From: Patescibacteria group bacterium
GTDB lineage: Bacteria > Patescibacteriota > Patescibacteriia > Patescibacteriales > UBA12465
DNA: 46,055 bases
Direction: 5' to 3'
Assembly (NCBI GenBank): GCA_021734825.1
Contig: JAIPIE010000001.1
Location: 1-46,055 of the forward strand
Under the pieces are notes generated by a model that was given only the letters and a program-made list of their open reading frames with translations, was not told the DNA's origin and did no database searches. This document shows, in pieces, positions 39,318 to 46,055 of the stretch (position 1 is the first letter of the stretch; each line of letters starts with the position of its first letter). The position numbers were made by a program, and so were the translations under genes.

Positions 39318-39632
39318 ATGGCGAAGATCGCAGTGATTGCCACTGGTGGCAAACAATATAAAGTCAAGGAAGGCGAAACCATTAAAGTGGAAAAACTTGA
39401 ATTGGCGGCCGGAGAAAAGGTAAAATTCGATACTTTGTTAGTAGCTGATAGTGACGCTAGTAATGTTGAAGTCGGAGACCCTTCTTTGGGTGAAAAAGTT
39501 ATTGCTGAAGTTGTTGATACAGCTAAACAGGATAAGGTTTTAGTAGTGAAGTATAAGAGCAAGACTCGTTACAAGAAGACGGTTGGTCATCGTCAATTAA
39601 AGACTTCAGTTAAAATCTTGAGCATTGCTTAA
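39318..39632 (+). CDS. rplU: 50S ribosomal protein L21
   Basis: MAKIAVIATGGKQYKVKEGETIKVEKL...GHRQ is the classic bL21 pattern. Confidence 0.96.
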   Translation: MAKIAVIATGGKQYKVKEGETIKVEKLELAAGEKVKFDTLLVADSDASNVEVGDPSLGEKVIAEVVDTAKQDKVLVVKYKSKTRYKKTVGHRQLKTSVKILSIA

Positions 39633-39656
39633 TTTCTCAACACCAAAAATTGTTTA

Positions 39657-39690
39657 TATAAAAATCCGTTTAATAAAAAGCGGATTTTTT
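39657..39690. terminator. Bidirectional intrinsic terminator (aaaaatccg-N-cggatttttt)
   Basis: A stem flanked by A- and T-tracts between rplU (+) and the recR-operon tail (-). Confidence 0.75.
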
Positions 39691-39925
39691 ATGTGGCTAT
39701 TCCTAATTTTTTACTGATAAATCTTTTACCTATTCGGCAAGCGCTGCGACCAGCACTTTTTTTACGCAGACCAAGCAAAGCTAAGCGCATGATCAGTATT
39801 ATTGTATGTCTAAATTTTCTATTAAACAGTAATAGGAATAACAGAGTAATGGCTATTTGCCGGAATTTCAGATTAAAAATACCGACGATAAACAGCCCAA
39901 TTATTAAAAGTGTTAAAGGTACCAT
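39689..39925 (-). CDS. Hypothetical small membrane protein (78 aa), last gene of the dnaB-ybaB-recR unit
   Basis: Two hydrophobic segments and a basic tail. It is preceded by AGGAGGGAGAA-ATG, the clearest Shine-Dalgarno motif in the window, and the terminator follows its stop. A competing + strand ORF (39693-39944) lacks such signals. Confidence 0.45.
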   Translation of the reverse strand: MVPLTLLIIGLFIVGIFNLKFRQIAITLLFLLLFNRKFRHTIILIMRLALLGLRKKSAGRSACRIGKRFISKKLGIAT

Positions 39926-39947
39926 TTCTCCCTCCTCTTTTTAGTTA

Positions 39948-40538
39948 TTATAAAGTATTTCTATATTTTAAAGCATTGGCTAGACTTAATTCATCGGCAT
40001 ATTCAAGATCTGAGCCGGCGGGTAAGCCACGGGCTAGGCGAGTAACTTTTAAATCAGGAAATATTTTTTTTAAATAAATGGCCGTACTCTCTCCTTCTAA
40101 GTTGAAATTAAGTCCAATAATTAATTCCTGCACTTTATTTTTCTTAACTAATTGCTTGAGCTCATTTAAAGGCAATTGTTCTGGTCCGATGTTTTCCAGG
40201 GTATTTAATAATTCGCCTAAAATAAAATATTGGCCGTTAAATTGTTTAGTCTTTTCAATAACGCCTTGATCTTGGCTTTTTTCAATAATGCATAGTAGTT
40301 GAGAATTTCTATTTTTATCGGCACATATCTCACAGGGGTCGCTGGAGCTAAAGGCTCGACATTGGGAGCAGCGTTGAATTTTTTCTGGTAAGTCATTCAG
40401 GGCGAGCGCCAGGGCCTGTATTTGTTGGGGAGCTTGTTTTAATAAATAAAAAACATAACGCTCGGCCGTTTTAGGTCCGACGCTGGGAAATTTACTGAAA
40501 CGGTCAATGAGTTCTTGGATGTAAGCTGGATATTTCAT
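39948..40538 (-). CDS. recR: Recombination protein RecR
   Basis: A helix-hairpin-helix (FPSVGPKTAERY), the C4 zinc finger CSQCRAFSSSDPCEIC, and a Toprim domain. I prefer the ATG at 40538 (MKYPAYIQELI) to the TTG at 40550. Confidence 0.93.
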   Translation of the reverse strand: MKYPAYIQELIDRFSKFPSVGPKTAERYVFYLLKQAPQQIQALALALNDLPEKIQRCSQCRAFSSSDPCEICADKNRNSQLLCIIEKSQDQGVIEKTKQFNGQYFILGELLNTLENIGPEQLPLNELKQLVKKNKVQELIIGLNFNLEGESTAIYLKKIFPDLKVTRLARGLPAGSDLEYADELSLANALKYRNTL

Positions 40539-40555
40539 TGTTGAAAGCAATAGGT

Positions 40556-40831
40556 CTAACTAAGACCAGGGAAGCCTCCCATATCTTGCATTTTTTTAGC
40601 CATCAAACGTTGAGCTTTTTTAATAGCGTCATTGAAACAGCTTTTTAAAGCGCTGGCCTGGCTATCAAGACTTAATTCTGGATTTAGTTTTAATTCCATT
40701 ATTTCTAAATTGCCATTTAATACTAATTTAACACCATTTTTTTCTTCAGTTACACTTTCTTCGGCGAGAGCACTTTGCATGGTTTTAGCTTGACTGCGCA
40801 AATCTTTAAATTGTTTGAGTTTGTTGAACAT
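40556..40831 (-). CDS. ybaB: YbaB/EbfC family nucleoid-associated protein
   Basis: 91 aa. The MFNKLKQFKDLRSQAKTMQSAL... pattern, and the conserved ybaB-recR gene pair. Confidence 0.9.
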   Translation of the reverse strand: MFNKLKQFKDLRSQAKTMQSALAEESVTEEKNGVKLVLNGNLEIMELKLNPELSLDSQASALKSCFNDAIKKAQRLMAKKMQDMGGFPGLS

Positions 40832-40856
40832 ATAATTATATTATTTTATTGAATTT

Positions 40857-42239
40857 TTATTGAGTTGGTGGGTGCTGGCTCATATTACGGAAACTGGCGG
40901 TGCTTTCATCAAAGAAGAGGTCAATTTTGCCAGTAGGGCCATTACGATGTTTGGCAATATGTACTTCCGCTTTATATCTTTCATCCATCGGCAGGTCATT
41001 AGGATTATAGCTACGATCTGCCGCTTTACGATAAATAAACATAACTACGTCAGCGTCCTGCTCAATAGATCCGGAATCACGTAAGTGAGATAATTTGGGA
41101 ATGGCCGGGCTAGTTGCTTCAACTGCACGAGACAGCTGAGCCAAGGCAAGTACAGGTATATTTAATTCACGGGCGATACCTTTTAAACCACGGCTAATTT
41201 CACCTATTTCCTGCACGCGATTATCGGTAAAACGACCGCGTCCTTCCATTAACTGGAGATAGTCAATAACAATTAAACCTAAACCTTTTTCCATCTGTAA
41301 ACGGCGGCATTTAGCTCTAATTTCCATAACCGATAAGGTGCTGGAATCGTCAATGTAAATCGGAGCTTCGGCTAATTCGCCCATTGCTTTACCGATTTTG
41401 GTAAAATCATTATCATCTTCTTTATCGGATAAATGCCCAGTACGCATCTTCCATAAATTAACATTAGCCTGAGCACAAAGCATACGATCAACTAATTGTT
41501 CCTTGCCCATTTCTAAAGAAAAGATACCAACTCCAGCCTTATTACGAATAGCTGCCTGACGAGCAATATCAAGGGCGAGGGAGGTCTTGCCCACACTAGG
41601 ACGAGCCGCCAAAATAACCAAATCAGATTTCTGTAGACCGGCTAAAAGAGCATCAAGGTCACTAAAACCAGTACTTAAACCGCGGAGCTTGCCACCATGT
41701 TTATGCAGTTCATCAATTCTTTCAAAAGCGTCAGCTAATAAACCATCAATAGGCAAGAAGGCATTTTTTAAATATTTACGAGAAACACCAAATACTCTTT
41801 TTTCGGTTTCATCTAAAATTTCATCAATGTCACGATCTTCTTCAAAGCTAGCACTAGCAATCTCTGCCGCCGCTTGTTGCAGACGTCTTAAGGTAGCCTT
41901 TTTCTGAATAATACTGGCATATTGATTGATGTTGCCAGTAGTAGCGACGGTGTTGGAAAGTTGTGCCAGATAAGTACGCCCGCCGATGTCAGTCAGCTGT
42001 TTCTTATCTTCGAGTTTATTGGCTAAAGTAATAATATCAATCGGCTCTTGACTGTTATATAGTTCTTGAATTGATTCGTATATTTTTTGATTATTTTGAC
42101 GATAAAAATCTTGTGGCAGAATCATGTCAACCACTCTAATAATGGCATCCTTATCAATTAAAAGACAGCCCAAAAGCGATTCTTCTGCTTCAAGACTGTG
42201 AGGTGGAATTTTCGCGATTAGATTATTATCAGTAGCCAT
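40857..42239 (-). CDS. dnaB: Replicative DNA helicase DnaB
   Basis: PPHSLEAEESLLGCLL at the N-terminus and Walker A ARPSVGKTS. Length is normal at 460 aa, with no intein. Confidence 0.97.
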   Translation of the reverse strand: MATDNNLIAKIPPHSLEAEESLLGCLLIDKDAIIRVVDMILPQDFYRQNNQKIYESIQELYNSQEPIDIITLANKLEDKKQLTDIGGRTYLAQLSNTVATTGNINQYASIIQKKATLRRLQQAAAEIASASFEEDRDIDEILDETEKRVFGVSRKYLKNAFLPIDGLLADAFERIDELHKHGGKLRGLSTGFSDLDALLAGLQKSDLVILAARPSVGKTSLALDIARQAAIRNKAGVGIFSLEMGKEQLVDRMLCAQANVNLWKMRTGHLSDKEDDNDFTKIGKAMGELAEAPIYIDDSSTLSVMEIRAKCRRLQMEKGLGLIVIDYLQLMEGRGRFTDNRVQEIGEISRGLKGIARELNIPVLALAQLSRAVEATSPAIPKLSHLRDSGSIEQDADVVMFIYRKAADRSYNPNDLPMDERYKAEVHIAKHRNGPTGKIDLFFDESTASFRNMSQHPPTQ

Positions 42240-42400
42240 AACTTATATCTTTTATATCCATTTCATCTTATCTTATTGTGAATCATTGTTCAAGTGAAAT
42301 TTATTAACTTTTTATGCACGGTTTATACGCAATTATCTGTGTTTTTACTTTATTTCTTTTATTTACTTATTATTAGCCTCTTATCTAGAAGATTGCTAAT

Positions 42401-42427
42401 AAAAAATCGCCTTTTATGGCGATTTTT
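42401..42427 (-). terminator. Intrinsic terminator after tRNA-Thr (atcgcc-N6-ggcgat flanked by A/T tracts)
   Basis: On the - strand the stem is followed by UUUUUU. It separates the tRNA from dnaB. Confidence 0.75.
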
Positions 42428-42433
42428 GAGAAA

Positions 42434-42510
42434 TGGAGCCGCCTGTCGGGTTCGAACCGACGACCTGCTGTTTACAAAACAGCTGCTCTGACCAGCTGAG
42501 CTAAGGCGGC
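42434..42510 (-). tRNA. tRNA-Thr (anticodon UGU), CCA encoded
   Basis: The manual fold gives a perfect cloverleaf: GCCGCCT acceptor, GCTC/GAGC D-stem, GCTGT-TTTGTAA-ACAGC anticodon arm, GTCGG-TTCGAAC-CCGAC T-arm, discriminator T, then CCA. Confidence 0.93.
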
Positions 42511-42587
42511 AATAATATGATGATATATTATTTTTAAAATTTTGGCAACAATTTGCTAGCCTGGGCTAAAAGGTATATATTTAAATT

Positions 42588-43469
42588 ATGAAAATAGACT
42601 TACAAGTGCATTCAACTTATTCTGATGGCTATTACTCTCCGAGTAAATTGGCTGGCCTGTTGCATCGCTATGGCATCGAAGTTGCTTCTTTAACCGATCA
42701 TAATACTGTTGCCGGGCAAGCGGAATTTAAGAAAGCTTGTATGCGCTATGGTATTAAAGCTGTGCCTGGCTTAGAGTTGTATGCTAGTTATAAGCAGAGA
42801 TCTTTTAATTTGCTTTGGTATAACTATGACACCTCATCGCCAGAGCTTAAAAAAATGCTTGAGTCTACTCACGCCCGTCGACAGCGTTTTGTTAAAAAAG
42901 TAAACATACGTTTACGTAACTTAGGCCTACACTTTAATTTAGGTAGGTTTATTCAAGAACATCCTGGTTATTTGCCCACCAATCATTTAGCTGATGCCAT
43001 TTGGGCAGTTCCGGCGAATAGAAAAGTAATTAAAAAGGCTTTACAACTGGATATTGTTCGTGAAGATGATATTGTTCGTTATTGTTTTTATCCTAAGGAT
43101 GGTTTGCGTCTACATGATGCCCGTATTGGCTTGGCTCGCATTTTACAAATGCGTAAACAGATTGGCGGGCAATTAATCATTTGCCATCCCGCACTAAACA
43201 ATAAGATGCATGGCAATCTAGTGGAAATTTTAATGGCGGCGGGAGTTGATGGTTTTGAATTACTATCACCACATCATTCTTATAACGATACCATGCGCTT
43301 AATGTCATTAGCCGAACGCACTGGAGCTATTGTCAGTGGTGGCACCGATTTTCATCGTCCCGGTGCGAAAGCGGGAAAACTACGCTATGCTTGGGACTGG
43401 TTTACTGTTAAGAGTGATGGTTTATTTGGTATTAATAGAATAATAAATAATAAAAAAAAGCTCGGTTAA
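42588..43469 (+). CDS. PHP-domain metal-dependent phosphoesterase
   Basis: MKIDLQVHSTYSDG...LTDHNT...CHP...GGTDFH are the PHP (polymerase and histidinol phosphatase) motifs. Confidence 0.85.
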   Translation: MKIDLQVHSTYSDGYYSPSKLAGLLHRYGIEVASLTDHNTVAGQAEFKKACMRYGIKAVPGLELYASYKQRSFNLLWYNYDTSSPELKKMLESTHARRQRFVKKVNIRLRNLGLHFNLGRFIQEHPGYLPTNHLADAIWAVPANRKVIKKALQLDIVREDDIVRYCFYPKDGLRLHDARIGLARILQMRKQIGGQLIICHPALNNKMHGNLVEILMAAGVDGFELLSPHHSYNDTMRLMSLAERTGAIVSGGTDFHRPGAKAGKLRYAWDWFTVKSDGLFGINRIINNKKKLG

Positions 43470-43482
43470 AACCGAGTTTTTT
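43452..43482. terminator. Intrinsic terminator overlapping the PHP stop codon (ctcggt-taaa-accgag, A/T flanks)
   Basis: A 6-bp stem extendable by A:U pairs, with a T-run on the + strand. Confidence 0.7.
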
Positions 43483-43483
43483 G

Positions 43484-43556
43484 TGCGCCCAGGGGGATTC
43501 GAACCCACGACCGTCTCCTTAAAAGGGAGCTGCTCTACCAACTGAGCTATAGGCGC
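43484..43556 (-). tRNA. tRNA-Lys (anticodon UUU), CCA not encoded
   Basis: The manual fold gives a GCGCCTA acceptor (one G:U pair), a GCTC/GAGC D-stem, the anticodon loop CTTTTAA, and a T-loop TTCGAAT. There is one U:C mismatch in the T-stem and one G:A mismatch at 27:43. Confidence 0.85.
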
Positions 43557-43785
43557 TTATCTTTATTTAAGCAAAAAGGCTTTTCAGCCTAAGGAATTAA
43601 TTTGATAGTATCAAAAATATTTTTTTTTGACAAGAGCTAAGGGAATATGGATAAATTGTTACTTTTTCTGTTTGCCGACGTTTGATATAATAGATTAAAG
43701 GATAATATGTGCTTATTACCAAAAAAAATCAAAATTTCTAGATAATTTGATTTTAATTAATCTTTTGGCTTAAGCAAGTGCACTT

Positions 43786-44376
43786 ATGAACACTAGTTTT
43801 AATGTAACTCTCGTAGATGAGTTGGCGAAAGCTGCTCAAAATGGTGCGAGCGATGCTTTTGCTCAGCTCTATGATCTCCATATCAAAAAGATTTATAATT
43901 TTATTTATTATAAAACTTTAAATAAGACGGTGGCTGAAGATATCTGTAGTCAGGTATTTATTAAGGCTTGGCAGAAATTATCACAATTTCAGGGAGGGAG
44001 TTTCTCTGCTTGGCTGTATACAATTGCTCGTAATAGCGTGAGTGATTATTACCGCCGCGAACATCAACATTTAAATATTGATGATTGTTGGGACTTATCC
44101 GATAAGGAAGATTTTCTTGCTCGCATTGATCAAGGTTTGAATATGGAAAAAATTCAAGAAACGATGAAAGTGTTGAAAAATGAAGAAAGAGAAATTTTAA
44201 TGATGAGATTTTGGCTGGATCTATCGTTTAAAGAAATTGCCGAACAATTAGAAAAAAAGGAGGGGGCAGTTAAGATGGCTTGCGGACGAGCTTTAAAAAA
44301 TTTACAACATAATATGCCACTGGTAGTCTTTATGTTGCTGCCAGAGCTAATAAATATATGCAAGAAAATGAATTAA
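43786..44376 (+). CDS. ECF-type RNA polymerase sigma factor (sigma-70 regions 2 and 4)
   Basis: Region 2 (IYNFIYYKT...AEDICSQVFIKAW...FSAWLYTIARN) and region 4 (REILMMRFWLDLSFKEIAEQL...AVKMACGRALKNL). Confidence 0.88.
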   Translation: MNTSFNVTLVDELAKAAQNGASDAFAQLYDLHIKKIYNFIYYKTLNKTVAEDICSQVFIKAWQKLSQFQGGSFSAWLYTIARNSVSDYYRREHQHLNIDDCWDLSDKEDFLARIDQGLNMEKIQETMKVLKNEEREILMMRFWLDLSFKEIAEQLEKKEGAVKMACGRALKNLQHNMPLVVFMLLPELINICKKMN

Positions 44377-45923
44377 AAAACATTCTGGAAGAGTTATATA
44401 AAATAGATTCTAGTTTGCGCGAATTTGAAGGACCGCTGCGTGAAGTGATTATACAGATGTCGGACCTAGGCCCGGATACACAATTTACGCCTGCATTAGC
44501 TGCTAGAATTAAGGAGCAAGTAATGAATAAGGTAAAAGAAGTCTCCATTCCAAATCACACCGCCTTTTCTTTCAACTTTATTAATAAACAGAAATATGTT
44601 TACGTCGGCTCAGCTTTAGTGATAGTTCTGTTATTAATGTTGGTGGTATATAAGTTGCCAGCCTTTAAGCAGTTTAATCCTGATTCTAATCTTGAACTTG
44701 ATTTAGCTGGCAAGGATAACAATTTAGCACTGAATACAGTTAGGTCTGATAATGGTGATGAGGTTATCAAATTGGCTGCCAATGCTTTTGGCTCATTATC
44801 CGCTCAAACTTCTGGACAAGACACTGGCATGGCTTTAGCTCAAGATGCAAGAATGGTGAACGAATTAGGACAGGCATCCGTCATGCCCGTTAGTTCAGAG
44901 ACGGTCAGCGTTAGCGTGTCAAACGATTTTGCCATTACGCCAATTGCTCCAGGTTTTGGTGCCGGTGGTTCTGGTGGTATGTCTATGTCTAAAATGATTG
45001 CTCCTTGGTATCAGATAAAATATGTATATGCTGGAGAGCAATTAACTCTAAAAGACGAACGCGGTGAAGTTTATAAGCGTCTTGTGGGAACTATGAATTC
45101 TAATCTAATATCTTTAGTTAAAAATCTAAAATTTAGCGATTTAGAGATGTCTTCTTTTAATAATTTAACAGTTAGTAATTTATCTTTAATGGAAGATAAG
45201 GAAAAAGGCTTGGCTATTAATTTTGATTTCGTCAATGATAATATCTACATATCAGAGAATTGGCAAAAATGGCGCATTCCAGAGAGAGACGCTTGTGGTG
45301 CTGATAATGCTTGTTGGGAAAGATTTCGTCTTAAGGAAAGCGATGTGCCGAGTGATAGCGACTTAATTGCCATTAGTGATGAGTTTATCAGTAATCATGA
45401 GATTAGTCTTAATCACTACGGACCAGCTCAAGTGGATAATAATTGGCGTCAAGATTATGAACTTTCCTCAGATAAAAATAATTACTATATTCCAGAATAC
45501 ATGAGCGTGGTCTATCCATTAATGATTAATGAAGAAGCAGTTTTGGATCAGAGTGGTAATCCCTATGGCTTGCGAGTAAATATTAATTTATTACAGAATA
45601 TGGCTTCTGGTTTAAACGGACTTAGTCCTTATCGTTATCAGAGTTCTGATTATAACCTTGAGACTGATTTCTCCAGAATTGTTAAAGTGGCTGAAACGAG
45701 CAATCGGGCGGGTATTTATTATGGCAGCCTTAATGATAGGGAGGTTCAAGAAATTAAACTTGGCACTCCGACTCGCGCTTATGTACAATATTGGCGTTAT
45801 CAAAACAATAACAATGAAGAGCTGTTAATTCCAGCGCTGGTGTTTCCGGTCTTAACTAATAATAATCAAGCATTTTATGGACAGCGATCAGTTGTTGTGC
45901 CTTTAGTCAAGGAACTTTGGTAA
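44358..45923 (+). CDS. Putative single-pass anti-sigma-like membrane protein with a large (about 420 aa) extracytoplasmic domain
   Basis: It overlaps the sigma gene by 19 nt. It has an N-terminal cytoplasmic segment of about 80 aa with no zinc (HxxxCxxC) motif, a TM (YVYVGSALVIVLLLMLVVYKL), and an uncharacterised C-terminal domain. Confidence 0.6.
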   Translation: MQENELKNILEELYKIDSSLREFEGPLREVIIQMSDLGPDTQFTPALAARIKEQVMNKVKEVSIPNHTAFSFNFINKQKYVYVGSALVIVLLLMLVVYKLPAFKQFNPDSNLELDLAGKDNNLALNTVRSDNGDEVIKLAANAFGSLSAQTSGQDTGMALAQDARMVNELGQASVMPVSSETVSVSVSNDFAITPIAPGFGAGGSGGMSMSKMIAPWYQIKYVYAGEQLTLKDERGEVYKRLVGTMNSNLISLVKNLKFSDLEMSSFNNLTVSNLSLMEDKEKGLAINFDFVNDNIYISENWQKWRIPERDACGADNACWERFRLKESDVPSDSDLIAISDEFISNHEISLNHYGPAQVDNNWRQDYELSSDKNNYYIPEYMSVVYPLMINEEAVLDQSGNPYGLRVNINLLQNMASGLNGLSPYRYQSSDYNLETDFSRIVKVAETSNRAGIYYGSLNDREVQEIKLGTPTRAYVQYWRYQNNNNEELLIPALVFPVLTNNNQAFYGQRSVVVPLVKELW

Positions 45924-45930
45924 TGTGCAC

Positions 45931-45980
45931 ACACATATGGCGGTTTTCCCACCAATATGCCAAAATACGGCCATATGTGT
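45931..45980. repeat. 11-bp perfect inverted repeat ACACATATGGC-N28-GCCATATGTGT after the anti-sigma-like gene
   Basis: The arms at 45931-45941 and 45970-45980 were read directly. No U-tract follows. Confidence 0.55.
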
Positions 45981-46055
45981 ACTAAACTACCAAATAATCC
46001 TCTAGAAGAGAGATTAAGATGGGTATTGCCCATTGTTAGAAAGGAAATAAAACTA

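Noticed and set aside
39242-39944. ORFs 39242-39562(-) antisense to rplU, and 39693-39944(+) overlapping the 78-aa minus-strand ORF.
   Set aside because: The first is antisense to the clearly real L21 gene. The second has no promoter or RBS signal and would begin inside a bidirectional terminator. The minus-strand alternative has an AGGAGG and correct terminator placement.
42240-42400. The AT-rich region upstream of dnaB, considered as a possible replication origin with DnaA boxes.
   Set aside because: I found no TTATCCACA-like 9-mers (only poor matches such as ttatctgtg) and no dnaA or dnaN nearby. It is just the dnaB promoter region.
42294-42491. A 65-aa + strand ORF upstream of the PHP gene.
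   Set aside because: It runs through the dnaB promoter region and a terminator, and its 3' end overlaps the opposite strand of a perfectly folding tRNA-Thr. The sequence is Leu/Phe/Ile-rich AT-translation noise.
43573-43594. The hairpin aggct-tttc-agcct with a U-run on the minus strand, upstream of tRNA-Lys.
   Set aside because: It would act as a minus-strand terminator, but no minus-strand gene lies upstream of it. The stem is short (5 bp) and may be fortuitous, or an insulator against antisense read-through from the sigma promoter region. This is too weak to call.
27113-44782. A second group of shadow ORFs: 27113-27421, 27418-27606, 28409-28597, 32117-32371(-), 32184-32498, 32604-32828(-), 32890-33084(-), 33368-33631(-), 33444-33701, 34161-34385(-), 35174-35371(-), 35353-35544, 36937-37140, 38402-38584, 40078-40269, 40860-41084, 41587-41907, 44154-44363(-), 44330-44548(-), 44600-44782(-) and 45612-45803(-).
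   Set aside because: All overlap better-supported genes (gatB, dCMP deaminase, DUF167, the GT2s, the PEGA protein, murA, recR, dnaB, the sigma/anti-sigma pair) in other frames. None has an independent signal.

Overview
Compact, low-GC (about 35-40% by eye), gene-dense bacterial chromosome segment read with the standard code 11. Gene content and style suggest a small-genome, CPR/Patescibacteria-like organism: tiny intergenic gaps, almost no Shine-Dalgarno motifs, many polytopic GT-C and GT2 glycosyltransferases, and a PEGA-domain protein. That taxonomic call is inference only. The backbone is housekeeping. It holds dnaK (3' part)-dnaJ, tatD, a complete nine-gene F1Fo ATP synthase operon, uppP, CIRCE-controlled groES-groEL, and a cytidylyltransferase-mltG envelope operon. 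It also holds miaB-miaA-dus, gatB, a five-gene thymidylate (dTTP) operon, a DUF167 + 3x GT2 + galU cluster, murA, rplU, dnaB-ybaB-recR, two tRNAs flanking a PHP phosphoesterase, and an ECF sigma/anti-sigma-like pair. I saw no CRISPR array, integrase, transposase, rRNA or recognisable defence genes. The least explained parts are listed here. (1) A 793-aa membrane-anchored exoprotein and a 336-aa degenerate kinase-like protein co-transcribed with mltG. (2) A head-to-head pair of large GT-C-like membrane proteins. (3) An orphan lipoprotein gene with a consensus promoter, a perfect 18-bp inverted repeat in its leader, and about 600 bp of apparently empty AT-rich DNA after it. (4) A 400-bp intergenic region with a long hairpin, an orphan terminator and mini-ORFs. 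(5) A Tmk-Dut fusion closing the thymidylate operon. (6) An ATP synthase c-subunit carrying the two-carboxylate Na+-binding signature. All coordinates and motifs were read by eye. No database search was possible.
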